Shown here piece after piece: positions 30,727 through 41,364 of a stretch of DNA of 49,780 nucleotides. The position numbers and the translations under genes were made by a program. The notes under the pieces were generated by a model, which worked only from the letters and a program-made list of their open reading frames with translations, ran no database searches and was not told the DNA's origin. How positions within the stretch are numbered: position 1 is the first letter of the stretch; every line of letters starts with the position of its first letter. Source of the DNA: Pseudomonadota bacterium (GTDB taxonomy: Bacteria > Pseudomonadota > Alphaproteobacteria > Rhodobacterales > Rhodobacteraceae); assembly GCA_039180995.1 (NCBI GenBank), contig JBCDCW010000001.1:1-49780 (forward strand). Direction: 5' to 3'.

Positions 30727-32049
30727 CTAGTGAACGATCTCGGTCTCTTCCACGAACAGGTTAGCCCAAGCGCGGTCCACCAGATCCGGCGTCATGCGAT
30801 AGGGTGCGCCCTCGAAATCGCAGGTGGCGATCATTTGATCGACCAGGAACGGAGCGTGGTAATTGGCGTAGATATTTTCGATCTCGGGATATTTGTTCTT
30901 CAACAGATGGATCAGCGCCCCTTCATCCAGGGCGAACTTCTTTTTCTTGGCGACCATGGCGAGGATTTTCAGGAAATCCGCCTGGGTCGGCCCGTCGATC
31001 AGGACCTTGAAGAAGATCCGGCGCAAGGCCGCGACGTCGAAGATCTTGTTGGGGTGGAAGTTGGTCGAAAACACCACCAGCGTGTCGAACGGCACCTCGA
31101 ACTTCTCGCCCGATTGGAGTGCCAGGATGTCGTAGCCGACCTCCATCGGGACAATCCAGCGGTTGATGATCTTCTGGGGCGGTTCGGCCTGACGGCCAAG
31201 GTCGTCCACGATGAAGACGCCGCCCGAGGATTTCAGCTGCAGCGAGGCTTGATAGGTCCGTGCCACGGCGTTGTAGTTCAGGTCGAGCATGTCCAGCGAC
31301 AGTTCGCCACCCGTCATCACCGTGGGCCGCTTGCACAGCAGGTAGCGGCGATCGACGCGCAGGTTGGTCTTGCGCAGGCTGCCGCTCTCCTCCTCCTCCA
31401 TCTTGACCGGTGTGTGTACGATGGGATCGAACAGCGTGATCACCTGGCCAGCATATTCGATGGCGTGGGGGATCCAGATATTGTCGCCCAAAGCGGCGCG
31501 GATGCCTTCGGCGATGGACGACTTGCCGTTGCCCGGCGGGCCGTACATCAGGACCGACCGGCCCGATCCCACGGCGGGGCCCAACTGGTCGATCAAGTTG
31601 TCCGGCAGGATCAGGTGGCCCATCGAGGCCATCAACCGGTCCCGCGTGATGCGGATATTCTTCACCGATTGTGCGGTGACCTGCTTTTTGTAGACTTCCA
31701 GCGGCACCGGCATCGGCCCGTAATATTCCGACTGGGTCAGCGCATCCATGGCGCGGGCTTTGCCCGCATCGGTCAACTGAAAGCCCATCTCGGAGGAGGA
31801 CCCGGCATGCATCGTGCCCGTGGCCTGCATCAGGCTGGCCTCGCGGGCTTGGTCGATCAGCTGCTGGGTCAAACCGGTGGTCAGACAGATCGCCTCGGAA
31901 ATCTCGCGCGTGGTCTCGACCGACTTGCGGAACACCGTCTTCAGAAGCACGTCGCGCAGCATCACGGCAGTCAATCCGGTTTCCGCCAGCGTCTTCGGGA
32001 CCGCGGGGGCGGGCACGCCGAGCGCGGCGGGATCCACTTGCATGTTCAT
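30727..32049 (-). CDS. Tad-locus-associated AAA+ ATPase
   Basis: Walker A GPPGNGKS, Walker B FIVDDLGRQ and N-terminal winged-helix-like region. Confidence 0.88.
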   Translation of the reverse strand: MNMQVDPAALGVPAPAVPKTLAETGLTAVMLRDVLLKTVFRKSVETTREISEAICLTTGLTQQLIDQAREASLMQATGTMHAGSSSEMGFQLTDAGKARAMDALTQSEYYGPMPVPLEVYKKQVTAQSVKNIRITRDRLMASMGHLILPDNLIDQLGPAVGSGRSVLMYGPPGNGKSSIAEGIRAALGDNIWIPHAIEYAGQVITLFDPIVHTPVKMEEEESGSLRKTNLRVDRRYLLCKRPTVMTGGELSLDMLDLNYNAVARTYQASLQLKSSGGVFIVDDLGRQAEPPQKIINRWIVPMEVGYDILALQSGEKFEVPFDTLVVFSTNFHPNKIFDVAALRRIFFKVLIDGPTQADFLKILAMVAKKKKFALDEGALIHLLKNKYPEIENIYANYHAPFLVDQMIATCDFEGAPYRMTPDLVDRAWANLFVEETEIVH

Positions 32050-32114
32050 GGGCGTGCCTCCTGTCTGTGTCGTCCCTATGGCAGGGCGGGCTTACGATTT
32101 GCTTTACACAAACC

Positions 32115-32633
32115 CTATCCGGCAGCCGCGAGGCCCAAATACGCCATCAATGTGGTCGTCAGGGTCAAACCCATGGGAAAATTCTTCTTCTCTTCCCAGC
32201 TCTTCCAATCGGGTGCCAAGTTGCGGATGGCACTGATGTTCCGGGCGATCCTGTGCAGAAACCAACTGAGCAAGAGCAGCGCTGCGAACAGCGCGAACAC
32301 TTCGACCACATCGGGCAGAGCGATGAACGGGGCCATGGCCCCGGCGAACTTCGCGTCGCCTGCGCCCAGCATGCCGAACATGTTCATCACGAAGCCGATC
32401 CCGATCACAACGACCAGGTGGGACCAGCGCCAGGCATAATCCGCGAATGGCATCACAAAGAAGCCGGCGACCGCGAAGACGGCGATCAAGGCCAGAACCG
32501 CCTGGTTCCGGATGATCATCTCGCTCAGATCCGTATAGGCGACCCAGAGGCAGATCGGCAGGGCCAGCAGACCTAGGACCAGACCCTGCATCGGTGTCGT
32601 GGCCAACGCCGCCACGGCCGCATGTGTCTCCAT
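32115..32633 (-). CDS. cpaA: Prepilin peptidase CpaA/TadV (A24)
   Basis: AYTDL and GAGDAK aspartate motifs, FPMG, multiple TM helices. Confidence 0.9.
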   Translation of the reverse strand: METHAAVAALATTPMQGLVLGLLALPICLWVAYTDLSEMIIRNQAVLALIAVFAVAGFFVMPFADYAWRWSHLVVVIGIGFVMNMFGMLGAGDAKFAGAMAPFIALPDVVEVFALFAALLLLSWFLHRIARNISAIRNLAPDWKSWEEKKNFPMGLTLTTTLMAYLGLAAAG

Positions 32634-32636
32634 GAT

Positions 32637-33473
32637 CTAGGCCTCAAGCGCCTCGAGCGCGCGCACCGCGGGCTCGAAATGACGGGGATGGGTCGAAATG
32701 GCGTCTTCCAGAAGGTTGCGGCCGATATCCACATCGCCCTGCTTGATCGCCGCCAGACCGGCGGTGTGCAGCAGTTGCGCCCGCTCTTCGGTGGTCATGG
32801 GCACGATGGGCAGGGCATAGGTGCGCCGCGCAGCGCGGGCCAGAACCAGGTTGTTCTTGGCGGTATAGAGCTCCGAATCGTAGGTGATCGCCTCGGTGAA
32901 CAGGCGCTCGGCCGCGTCCGTGTCGCCCCTGGTCAACTTCGAGAAGCCCCAATTGTTCAGCACGCTCGCCGGCGTTGTCGTCAGATCGACGGCGGTTTCA
33001 TAGAAGCTGTCTGCACGCGACCATTGCCGGTTCGCGTCGGCGACCATGGCTTCCAGGCGATAGCGGTCGAATGTTTCGTGCGTGGGCGGGATCGCGTCCA
33101 GGACCTGCTTCGCCTCGGCCCAATCGGACGTCCGGATCAGGGCGTCGGCCAACTCGACGCTGTCGGCGTCGTCGGCCCTGTCATGTTCGGTCACGCGCCG
33201 CCAAGCCAACACGGCCTCGGCATGGCGTCCGCCGCGCACAAGGCTGTTGGCCAAGCCGCGCTGGTGGTCGATCTTACCCGGCTCTTCCTGAACCTTGCCC
33301 TTGAAATAGGTGATGGCCTCGTCCGGTTCGGCCACGGTCAGCATGATGTCCCGGATACTGTCGGCTTCGGCGGCGGCGACACCGCTGACGGCGCGGGTCA
33401 CATCGGTCTGCCCGCAAGCCGACAGCAGCAACGCCCCTCCGGCCAGGAGGGCAAACAAGCTAGGGTGGCGCAT
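32637..33473 (-). CDS. TPR lipoprotein (TadD/CpaO-like)
   Basis: Lipobox LSAC and TPR motifs (VLNNWGFSKL, AKNNLVLA). Confidence 0.82.
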   Translation of the reverse strand: MRHPSLFALLAGGALLLSACGQTDVTRAVSGVAAAEADSIRDIMLTVAEPDEAITYFKGKVQEEPGKIDHQRGLANSLVRGGRHAEAVLAWRRVTEHDRADDADSVELADALIRTSDWAEAKQVLDAIPPTHETFDRYRLEAMVADANRQWSRADSFYETAVDLTTTPASVLNNWGFSKLTRGDTDAAERLFTEAITYDSELYTAKNNLVLARAARRTYALPIVPMTTEERAQLLHTAGLAAIKQGDVDIGRNLLEDAISTHPRHFEPAVRALEALEA

Positions 33474-33508
33474 GTCGCGTCCTTTTCTGCTCGATGCCTT
33501 CGGTTTCT

Positions 33509-34081
33509 TTATAGCGATCCGGGCCCGTAGAGACCGAAGGTCCCATCCGCGCGCCGGGTCAATGTGAAGGCGTTATTTTCGTCCACATCATCATAGGATG
33601 GTTTTTCAAATTTTGCAGCCGCCACGCGAAGGTTGTCGCGAATTTCCGGCGAGGGTTGCAAAGCGAACGCAGTCCGGAACAGGCGGTGCGCTTCACCGGT
33701 CTCACCCAGTTCCAGCAGCACGACCGCCAGGTTGTTCATCGCGCGGGCATTTTGGGGCTGCGCCTCGACCACGTCGCGCAGCAGGCGTTCCGCCTGATAG
33801 AGGCGGCCCAGTTCGATATTGGCATTCGCCATGGCCAGTTTCACGTCGGGTGTCATGCCGTCGCGCGCGGCGGCCCGCAGATAGCTGTCGAGCGCCAGCT
33901 CCGCCTCCCCCGCGGCCAGCAGGCGGTCACCCACGATGAAAGGGTCGACGATGTCGGCGGCGCGCGCGGCGGGGCCGGGCGCGGCAAGGGGGTCGTTGGT
34001 CGTGGCGTCGCGGCCGACGATATCGCTGACGCACCCCGCCAGCATGGTGATCGACAGAAGGGGGAAGATCGCGGCCCGCAT
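33509..34081 (-). CDS. TPR lipoprotein
   Basis: Lipobox LAGC and TPR motif PQNARAMNNLAVVLLELG. Confidence 0.82.
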   Translation of the reverse strand: MRAAIFPLLSITMLAGCVSDIVGRDATTNDPLAAPGPAARAADIVDPFIVGDRLLAAGEAELALDSYLRAAARDGMTPDVKLAMANANIELGRLYQAERLLRDVVEAQPQNARAMNNLAVVLLELGETGEAHRLFRTAFALQPSPEIRDNLRVAAAKFEKPSYDDVDENNAFTLTRRADGTFGLYGPGSL

Positions 34082-35058
34082 CAGAAGGCCAGCGCCCCGC
34101 CGCCCAGCGTCTCGGCGATGCCGAATAGCGACGGCCCGATCAGGATGATCAGAAGGGGTGGCACACAGAACATCATCGTGCCGACGGTCAGCTTGGTGGG
34201 AAGCACGTTCGCTTTCTCCTCTGCTCGCATGACGCGCTTGTCGCGCATCTCCGAAGCATAGACACGCAGCGCGTCCGCGATAGAGGTACCGAAGCTTTGC
34301 GACTGGATCAGAACGGTTACGAAGCTGGTGATGTCGTTGATGTCACACCGCTCGGACATGGCGCGCAGCACGTCTGGCTTGTCCTTACCGGCCTTCATCT
34401 CCTGCGCCACCATCAGGAATTCGGAGGCGAGCGCCGGATAGGACGGCTCGATCTCGGTGGCCACCCGGATGATCGACTGGTCGAGCGACTGACCCGCCTC
34501 GACACAGACCAACAGCAGGTCCAGCGCATCCGGGAAGCCTTCCTGGATCTCTTCCTGCCGCTTGGCGACGCGCTTTTGGATCCAGTATTTCGGGGCATAA
34601 TATCCGACGACGCCGGGGCCGACCGCATACATGAACTGCGACATGGGCGACATCTCGGCGCCCAGGATCAAGATGTAGAGCACGCCGAGGAACAACAGAC
34701 CAAGGCCCAGCACGAATTGCGCGGCCGTCAGAGTGCGGACAGCGTCCTTATGGGCATAACCGGCGCGGATCAGCAGGGTCCGCGTCTTGCTCATCTCCTC
34801 CTCGTCCTGCGGGTCGAGGAGTTGCGCGTATTTGGCCAGATGCTCGTTCCGGGCACCGTGGCGCGTCAGCTTGGCGGCACCGCCGCCTTCGCTGTGCTCG
34901 TTCTTGCGCTGGGCCGCGATGCGATCCAACGGTTCGACCTTCTTGTGCAGGATCAGGGGCAGGGTCAGCAGCACCAGCATGACACCCGCACCACCGGCCA
35001 GGTAGATCATCCCGTTGGGCCCCATCAGCCCCTCGATCACCGAGTTGAACATGTCCAT
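34081..35058 (-). CDS. tadC: Tad inner-membrane platform protein TadC
   Basis: FPDALDLLLVCVEAGQSL, QSQSFGTSIADALRV and RAEEKAN. Confidence 0.93.
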   Translation of the reverse strand: MDMFNSVIEGLMGPNGMIYLAGGAGVMLVLLTLPLILHKKVEPLDRIAAQRKNEHSEGGGAAKLTRHGARNEHLAKYAQLLDPQDEEEMSKTRTLLIRAGYAHKDAVRTLTAAQFVLGLGLLFLGVLYILILGAEMSPMSQFMYAVGPGVVGYYAPKYWIQKRVAKRQEEIQEGFPDALDLLLVCVEAGQSLDQSIIRVATEIEPSYPALASEFLMVAQEMKAGKDKPDVLRAMSERCDINDITSFVTVLIQSQSFGTSIADALRVYASEMRDKRVMRAEEKANVLPTKLTVGTMMFCVPPLLIILIGPSLFGIAETLGGGALAF

Positions 35059-35070
35059 GGCGGACGCCCC

Positions 35071-36039
35071 TTACACCTTGATATTGACCATCATCTTCAT
35101 GAACACGATGTTCACGAGGAGGAAGACACCGACCACGGCCGCCGCGGGAATGAAGTAGGCACTTTCCTTCACGTCGGCATAGTAGTCGGGTTTCATGACA
35201 TTGATCGCGACCAGCGCGATGATCGGGAAGGCCGACAGGAACACGCCGGACCAGCGGGCTTCAGCCGTGATCGCCTTCACCTTGCGGAACAGCTTGAAGC
35301 GGGCGCGCACGACCATGGCCAGGCCTTCCAGGATCTCGGCCAGATTGCCGCCCGATTTCTGCTGGATCGCCACGGCCACGGCCAGGAAGCGCAGATCCTG
35401 CAATTCCACCCGTTCGGCCAAAGCACGCAGCGCTTCGGGGATGTCGCGGCCATAGGCGGCCTCGTCGGCGATGAAGCCCATTTCGGAGCCCAGCGGGTCC
35501 GCGATCTCTTTGGCGACGATGCCGATGGCCGAATTCAGCGGATGGCCCACCCGCAAGCTGCGCACGATCAGTTCGATCGCGTCGGGCAACTGCTCTTCCA
35601 TCAACGACAGGCGCTTCTTGGCCTGCTTGTTGACCCAGAAATAGACGCCACCGATCCCGAAGGCGAGCGACAGCAGGATCTGCAAGGGCAGGGCGGCGCT
35701 GGTCAGGATGTTCATCAGCAGGAAGCTGACGACCACAAGGCCGGCCATGATCCCCATCAGCATCCCCGGCGTGAAGGCCAGATTCGCCTTCTGCGCCTTC
35801 TCGGCCAACAGCGAATAGAGCGGGATGCTTTTCGCGCTGTCATGCTGCGACATCTCCTTACGGAGTTGCGCCATGACCTCGTCGCGGGTCGCACCCTTTT
35901 CCATCAGCGACAGGCGCCGGTTCACTCGGTTGTTCAGCTTGATCGAGTTGCCGAAGATCAGCAGGTAGACGCCGCCGATGATCAGGACGTTGGCCCCGAA
36001 GATCGCCAGATAGAGAAGCGGTTCGATCGACAGTTCCAT
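35071..36039 (-). CDS. tadB: Tad inner-membrane platform protein TadB
   Basis: QLPDAIELIVRSLRVGHP, QQKSGGNLAEIL and AITAEAR. Confidence 0.93.
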   Translation of the reverse strand: MELSIEPLLYLAIFGANVLIIGGVYLLIFGNSIKLNNRVNRRLSLMEKGATRDEVMAQLRKEMSQHDSAKSIPLYSLLAEKAQKANLAFTPGMLMGIMAGLVVVSFLLMNILTSAALPLQILLSLAFGIGGVYFWVNKQAKKRLSLMEEQLPDAIELIVRSLRVGHPLNSAIGIVAKEIADPLGSEMGFIADEAAYGRDIPEALRALAERVELQDLRFLAVAVAIQQKSGGNLAEILEGLAMVVRARFKLFRKVKAITAEARWSGVFLSAFPIIALVAINVMKPDYYADVKESAYFIPAAAVVGVFLLVNIVFMKMMVNIKV

Positions 36040-36040
36040 G

Positions 36041-37501
36041 TCAGCGGCTCCCAGCCGGTTCGTAGATGGAGGAGGGCAGGTCGTAGCCCCAGGCCTTGAA
36101 GCGGTCGGCGTAGTGGCTGCGGATGCCGGTCGCCGTGAAGCGGCCGATGATGGTGCCGTCAGGTTCCAGCCCCAGGCGCTCGTAGCGGAAGATTTCCTGC
36201 AAGGTGATCACCTCGCCTTCCATGCCGGTCACCTCGGTGATCGACACCATCCGGCGCGATCCGTCCTGCAGACGCGACGCCTGCACGATCAAGTTCACAG
36301 CGGACGAAATCTGGGCGCGCACGGCCTTCAGCGGCATCTCGATGCCGGCCATGGCGATCATGTTTTCCAGACGCGAGATCGCGTCGCGTGAGTTGTTGGC
36401 GTGGATCGTGGTCATCGACCCGTCGTGGCCGGTATTCATGGCCTGGAGCATGTCGATGACTTCCTCGCCCCGCGTCTCACCCACGATGATGCGGTCAGGA
36501 CGCATCCGCAGCGCGTTCCGCAGACAATCGCGTTGGGTGACGGCACCCTTGCCCTCTACGTTGGGCGGACGGCTTTCCATCCGGCCCACATGGTCCTGCT
36601 GCAACTGAAGTTCGGCCGTGTCCTCGATGGTCAGCACGCGCTCGGCATGGCCGATGAACGACGACAAAGCGTTCAGCGTCGTGGTCTTACCCGAGCCCGT
36701 TCCGCCCGAGACGATCACGTTCAACCGGCAGGCACAGGCCGCCTGGAGGTACATCGCCATCTCTTCGGTGAAGGCGCCGAACTTGACCAGGTCGTCGACC
36801 GCCAGCTTTTCCTTCTTGAACTTACGGATGGAGACCAGCGAGCCGTCGACCGCCACCGGCGGCACCATGGCGTTGAAACGCGAGCCGTCCTTCAGTCGGG
36901 CGTCCACGTAAGGATTGGATTCATCGACGCGGCGGCCCACGGCCGACACGATTTTGTCGATGATCCGTAGCAGATGGCGTTCATCCTTGAACCGGATCAG
37001 CGACTTTTCCAGCTTGCCCGCGCGTTCGATATAGATGTTGTGCGGCCCGTTCACGAGAATATCGTTCACGGTATCGTCTTTCAGAAGCGGCTCAAGCGGG
37101 CCCAGGCCCGTCACTTCGTCGAACAGCTCGCCATTCAGGATGTCCCGGTCTTCGCGACCCAGGACCACGCCCATATCGGCCAGTTCCTCGGTCGTGATCG
37201 AGACGATCTCGGCGCGGAGCGCATTGGCATCCGCGCTTTCCAGGGCCGATAGATTCAGGTTGTCGAGCAACCTGTGATGCATCTCCGTCTTGAGCTCTTC
37301 GATCCGCTCCCGCCGTTTCAACTCCTTGTCGGACATCCCGGGCGCGGCGGCCTTCTTCGGTGCGGCCTTTTTGACCTCTTCCAGGGCCGCCGCCTCGGCG
37401 GCCGCGACCTCGGAGATCTCGGAAACCTCGGGGCTCCCGTCCTGGGCGGCGCCGATGGGTTTGGCGCCCTGGATTTGGGGCTTCTTGTAGCGGGAGAACA
37501 T
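36041..37501 (-). CDS. cpaF: Tad pilus assembly ATPase CpaF/TadA
   Basis: [38 protein letters not shown] and AMNTGHDGS. Confidence 0.96.
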   Translation of the reverse strand: MFSRYKKPQIQGAKPIGAAQDGSPEVSEISEVAAAEAAALEEVKKAAPKKAAAPGMSDKELKRRERIEELKTEMHHRLLDNLNLSALESADANALRAEIVSITTEELADMGVVLGREDRDILNGELFDEVTGLGPLEPLLKDDTVNDILVNGPHNIYIERAGKLEKSLIRFKDERHLLRIIDKIVSAVGRRVDESNPYVDARLKDGSRFNAMVPPVAVDGSLVSIRKFKKEKLAVDDLVKFGAFTEEMAMYLQAACACRLNVIVSGGTGSGKTTTLNALSSFIGHAERVLTIEDTAELQLQQDHVGRMESRPPNVEGKGAVTQRDCLRNALRMRPDRIIVGETRGEEVIDMLQAMNTGHDGSMTTIHANNSRDAISRLENMIAMAGIEMPLKAVRAQISSAVNLIVQASRLQDGSRRMVSITEVTGMEGEVITLQEIFRYERLGLEPDGTIIGRFTATGIRSHYADRFKAWGYDLPSSIYEPAGSR

Positions 37502-37522
37502 GGCGCTTCCTTCCTGTCCGCG

Positions 37523-38869
37523 TCAGCCGAAGCTGAGGCCGAAAAGAGACTTCTTTTTGGCGGGCTTCAGCGATTCCCCGGCTTCGATCCGGGTGCGGGC
37601 ATCGTTGATGTCCTGGGCGAACTTGGTGACTTCCTTGGTCAGCGGTGCGCGCGGCAGGCTTTCGCGCAGCGTCAACGCCTGGTCATTGGCATCCGTTACG
37701 GGCCGCCCGCCATCGGGGAAGACGGCACGGAACTTGATGTCCAGGCTGTCTGCCATCTTGTCGACGCGCGACCGGCCGGTCATGTCCATCTTCCCGGGCG
37801 CCTTGTTCAGAATGTAGGCCAGGCTGTTCGACGGGATCCCCTCGGCCTGGAGCAGCTTCTGGAAGCGCAGGGCGTTCTGCGCCGACCGCACCTCCAACTC
37901 ACAGACCAGATAATACAGATCCGTTTCCGTCAGAACCGTATCCGTCCAACCGGTCAGGGTGTTCGGCATATCCACGATCACGATGTCGAAGGTTGCGCGG
38001 GCCAGCTTCAAAAGCGCCATCACCTCGTCCGGGCCGATCAGGTCCAGCGGCAGCACGTCGGCCGGCGCGGTGAAGACCGACAGCTTGTCCTTATAGGTCG
38101 ACAGCGCCTGCCGGAACGCCTGTTCGTCCATCGACGACACGTCCGTCAGCAGGTCGTAGATCATCGGCTTGCGCGGCAAGTCCAGATAGGTCGCGACCGA
38201 TCCGAATTGCAGCCCCAGGTCGATCAGCAAAACCTTCGGCGACTGCGCCCCGGCGATGTTGCTCAGTTCCCAGGCCAAGTTGACGGCCAGGGTCGTCGCC
38301 CCGCCGCCGCCCGATGCGCTCTGGAAGGCGAACAGCCCGGCTTCGCCCGTGCCGATCCGACCGCCGCCCGTGGGCACCGGGGCACCAGCCACGATCGTGG
38401 CGGCCCCTTCGATCGTGTCGGCGCCCGCACGACGCATCATGTCGGCGCTGTCGGCCAGGCCCGGCGCGCGGATCCGCGCGATCGCGTCGGCCAGCGCCTT
38501 TTCCGGCAGCGGGTAGGGGGCGAAGTCGTCGGCCCCCGCCCGCAGCAATTCGTGCATCGCCATGGGGCCCAGCCCCTCGGCCACCAGCACGACCCGCAGG
38601 CCAGCGCGCTTGGCATGGTTGATCACGGTTCCCACCGTCGACAGGCGAGGTTCGTCGTCTTGGTCGACCGCGACGACGATGAATTCCAGGCTCTTGGCGT
38701 CGTCCTGCTGTAGGAAGGCCGTGGCCTCCGTGAAATCCAGGTCTCCCCACGCTTCCCCGAGTTCCGCCTCCATGTCCTCGATCAGCAGATCGAATTCCTG
38801 GACATCGCGGGAGACCGTGACCGCGCGAAGCGGCTCCGGTTCGGGAAGGACGGCGAGGTTGCCTGACAT
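37523..38869 (-). CDS. cpaE: CpaE/TadZ pilus localisation protein (receiver-like + MinD-like)
   Basis: LLRAGADDF receiver remnant, deviant Walker SGGGGATT and LIDLGLQFG. Start placed at ATG 38869. Confidence 0.9.
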   Translation of the reverse strand: MSGNLAVLPEPEPLRAVTVSRDVQEFDLLIEDMEAELGEAWGDLDFTEATAFLQQDDAKSLEFIVVAVDQDDEPRLSTVGTVINHAKRAGLRVVLVAEGLGPMAMHELLRAGADDFAPYPLPEKALADAIARIRAPGLADSADMMRRAGADTIEGAATIVAGAPVPTGGGRIGTGEAGLFAFQSASGGGGATTLAVNLAWELSNIAGAQSPKVLLIDLGLQFGSVATYLDLPRKPMIYDLLTDVSSMDEQAFRQALSTYKDKLSVFTAPADVLPLDLIGPDEVMALLKLARATFDIVIVDMPNTLTGWTDTVLTETDLYYLVCELEVRSAQNALRFQKLLQAEGIPSNSLAYILNKAPGKMDMTGRSRVDKMADSLDIKFRAVFPDGGRPVTDANDQALTLRESLPRAPLTKEVTKFAQDINDARTRIEAGESLKPAKKKSLFGLSFG

Positions 38870-39075
38870 GTTCTTACCACTCCAGCTGCGGCGATCGGGT
38901 GCGTCGACCCGGGCCGCCTTCAAACGCTCCGGCGATTCCTTTTTGCCGGACGGGGGGGTGCCCGCAGGTCGTTCCTGACGTGGAATTCGGGCGACAATTG
39001 GACCGGGATCGTGAAATTGATGGGTCAACGGCACCCAACACGCCTCAATCTCAGGCACCTTCCTGAAAAAAGAAT

Positions 39076-39115
39076 GAAGGCCCCGCGCGACCAATCCAGG
39101 TCATGCGGGGCCTTC
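39076..39115 (-). terminator. Terminator between the OmpA gene and cpaE
   Basis: gaaggccccgc...gcggggccttc stem with an A-run on +. Confidence 0.7.
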
Positions 39116-39148
39116 CGAGAGGCTGTGCGGTGCGGGGTCTTGGGCGCC

Positions 39149-39748
39149 TTAAGCGCCTGTGGCCACGTAAGTGCGGTACACGATCTGCGCGTATTTGCCG
39201 TCCAGCACCATCGGATGCCCCGGCACGAAGCCTTCCACCGCGGTGACGGTGCGGCGGTTGGCCCGCTCGCGCGTCTGGGTGGGGATCAGCGGGCGCTGTT
39301 CGCCGAAGCTGACCAGAACATCCAGGCGCGACAAGTCCACGCCCCGGCCGGTCAGGTAGTTGACCGCAGCGCGGGCCCGGCGCCGGCCCAGGTCTTCGTT
39401 ATAGGCGGGCGACCCGACCAGGTCGGTATGACCGAAGACGCTGAACCGAACTTCCGGGAATTGCCGCATGAAGTCCGCCTGCTGATCCAGAACGCCACGG
39501 GCGGTCCGGTCCAGATGGTCGCTGTTGAAGGCGAAATTGATCGTCGTCGGCACGGCCGCGGCGAACCGGGCGCCCAGATGGCTGGCGGCGGCGGAGCCGT
39601 TCAGAACCAGCATGTTCTGCATCGTCGGATCCCCGAAGGCGCCTTCGTCGATCGTGGATCCGGCGGGGCGATAGAAATCGCAGGCGCCGAGACCCGTGAG
39701 GGCGAGGCCGGAGAGGACGTTGCGGCGGGAGAGGAGGAGCTTTTTCAT
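39149..39748 (-). CDS. OmpA-family lipoprotein (Tad-associated)
   Basis: SRRNVL...LGAC signal, INFAFNS, GHTDLVGS, YNEDLGRRRA and NRRTV. Confidence 0.9.
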   Translation of the reverse strand: MKKLLLSRRNVLSGLALTGLGACDFYRPAGSTIDEGAFGDPTMQNMLVLNGSAAASHLGARFAAAVPTTINFAFNSDHLDRTARGVLDQQADFMRQFPEVRFSVFGHTDLVGSPAYNEDLGRRRARAAVNYLTGRGVDLSRLDVLVSFGEQRPLIPTQTRERANRRTVTAVEGFVPGHPMVLDGKYAQIVYRTYVATGA

Positions 39749-39752
39749 GATC

Positions 39753-41135
39753 TCAATCCAACACGTAGCCGTAGTTTCCGGTGAAGTCCTGCTGGGCCGC
39801 CGCGCCACCGCGGGTGGATGCGGATGTCCGACCCGACGGGCGACCCACGACCTGACCGAACAGGAACAGTTCGTTTTCGGTCGGAGGCCGGATGCGATCC
39901 GTCGGCAGGGCAAAGGCCTCGCCGCGCGTCGGCGACACCAGGTGGGCCGTCACGATGATCACCAGCTCTGTCTGATCCCGCTCGAACGCGGCCGACCGGA
40001 ACAGGGCGCCCAAGACGGGCAGTTCACCCAGGAACGGCACCTGCGAGATGGTATCGGCGAAGTTGTCCTCCAGGATGCCGGCAATCGCGAAGCTCTCGCC
40101 GTCCCGCAATTCGACCGAGGTCGCCGTGGTCTTGGTCGAGAAGCCGGTGACGAAGCCACCGTCGATGACCGTCCCTGCCGCGGCGTCCAAGGCCGATACC
40201 GATGCATTCATCTGAAGGTTGATGATGTCTTCGGCCACAACCGTCGGTTGGAACGTCAGATCGACACCGAAGGGACGATACTCGACCGAGACCTGGCCGC
40301 CATCTTCGCCGGCCTGGACCGGGATCGGAACTTCGCCGCCCGCCAGGAACGAGGCCGACTGACCGGACAGGGCCGTCAGGTTCGGCTCGGCCAAGGTCCG
40401 GACGACACCCTTGGACTCAAGCGCTTCCAGCATGATATCGAAATTCACGCTGCCGGCACCGAACCCGATGTTGAACGTCCCCGTGGGCGCGACCAGCGGC
40501 GTGCCGCCACCGGTGAAGTCGACCGCCGGGCTGCCACCGGCATCCAGGGCGAATTGCGCGCCCAATTCCTTGGTGACCGACCGCGACATCTCGGCGAAGC
40601 GCACCTTCAGCTGCACTTGCTGGACGCCGCCGACATTCATCAGGTTCAGAACAGCGTCGGGGGCGTAGCGGTTGGCCACTTCCAAGGCCTGGTCGATGAC
40701 CTGACCGCTGGACACCGTGCCGGACAGGACGATCCCGTCATTTGCGGTGCGCACCTCAATCGGCTCGCCCGGCAACAGCTCGCCCAGGCGCTCCTTGAAC
40801 TCGCCGATATCAGGCGTGACCTGAACCTCGACATTGGTGATCAGCCGCCCGTCCGGCCCCAGCAGCGTCAGCGTCGTGCGGCCGGGCGCCTTGCCCAGCA
40901 CGTAGACCGTGCGCTCCGATAGGGTCGCGATATCCGCGATCAACGGGTTGGCCACCGACAGTTCCGCGAAGGGCACTTCGCTTTCCAGTACGATGGCGCG
41001 GTTAAGGGGGACGCGAAGCGCCGATTGCGCCCTGCCTTCCGACAGGCGCAGCGTCTGTGCATAGGCGTCGGCGACGGGGGTGCCCGACACCAACACCCCG
41101 AGCATTGCCGCCCGGAGAATCGTATTCATCTTCAT
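39753..41135 (-). CDS. cpaC: Tad secretin CpaC/RcpA
   Basis: Signal peptide, BON-like region, QVQLKVRFAEMSR, LAEPNLTALSG, FLAGGEVP and VPFLGELPVLGALFRS. Confidence 0.95.
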   Translation of the reverse strand: MKMNTILRAAMLGVLVSGTPVADAYAQTLRLSEGRAQSALRVPLNRAIVLESEVPFAELSVANPLIADIATLSERTVYVLGKAPGRTTLTLLGPDGRLITNVEVQVTPDIGEFKERLGELLPGEPIEVRTANDGIVLSGTVSSGQVIDQALEVANRYAPDAVLNLMNVGGVQQVQLKVRFAEMSRSVTKELGAQFALDAGGSPAVDFTGGGTPLVAPTGTFNIGFGAGSVNFDIMLEALESKGVVRTLAEPNLTALSGQSASFLAGGEVPIPVQAGEDGGQVSVEYRPFGVDLTFQPTVVAEDIINLQMNASVSALDAAAGTVIDGGFVTGFSTKTTATSVELRDGESFAIAGILEDNFADTISQVPFLGELPVLGALFRSAAFERDQTELVIIVTAHLVSPTRGEAFALPTDRIRPPTENELFLFGQVVGRPSGRTSASTRGGAAAQQDFTGNYGYVLD

Positions 41136-41311
41136 TGTGACCTGCCTCTCTGATCACTCTGCTCTGGTCCGCGGATCTCACGCCCGCGTCGCGATAACCA
41201 TGACAGACGCGCCGATTTTATCAACAATGCCGCGCGTCAAGGGCGGATTGCCCATGCGATGGTGCCACACAGCGTCACGTTTCGGACACATTGCCCGTCC
41301 GTGCACATGGC

Positions 41312-41338
41312 AAAGCCCCCGCCGATGGCGAGGGCTTT
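41312..41338 (-). terminator. Hairpin after cpaB
   Basis: aaagccc-ccgccgatggcga-gggcttt. Confidence 0.6.
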
Positions 41339-41364
41339 CCAAGCGTCCAACCTTGGGGCGGCGA

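Noticed and set aside
34297-38713. Long plus-strand ORFs over tadC, tadB and cpaE
   Set aside because: Antisense shadows of well-supported tad genes.
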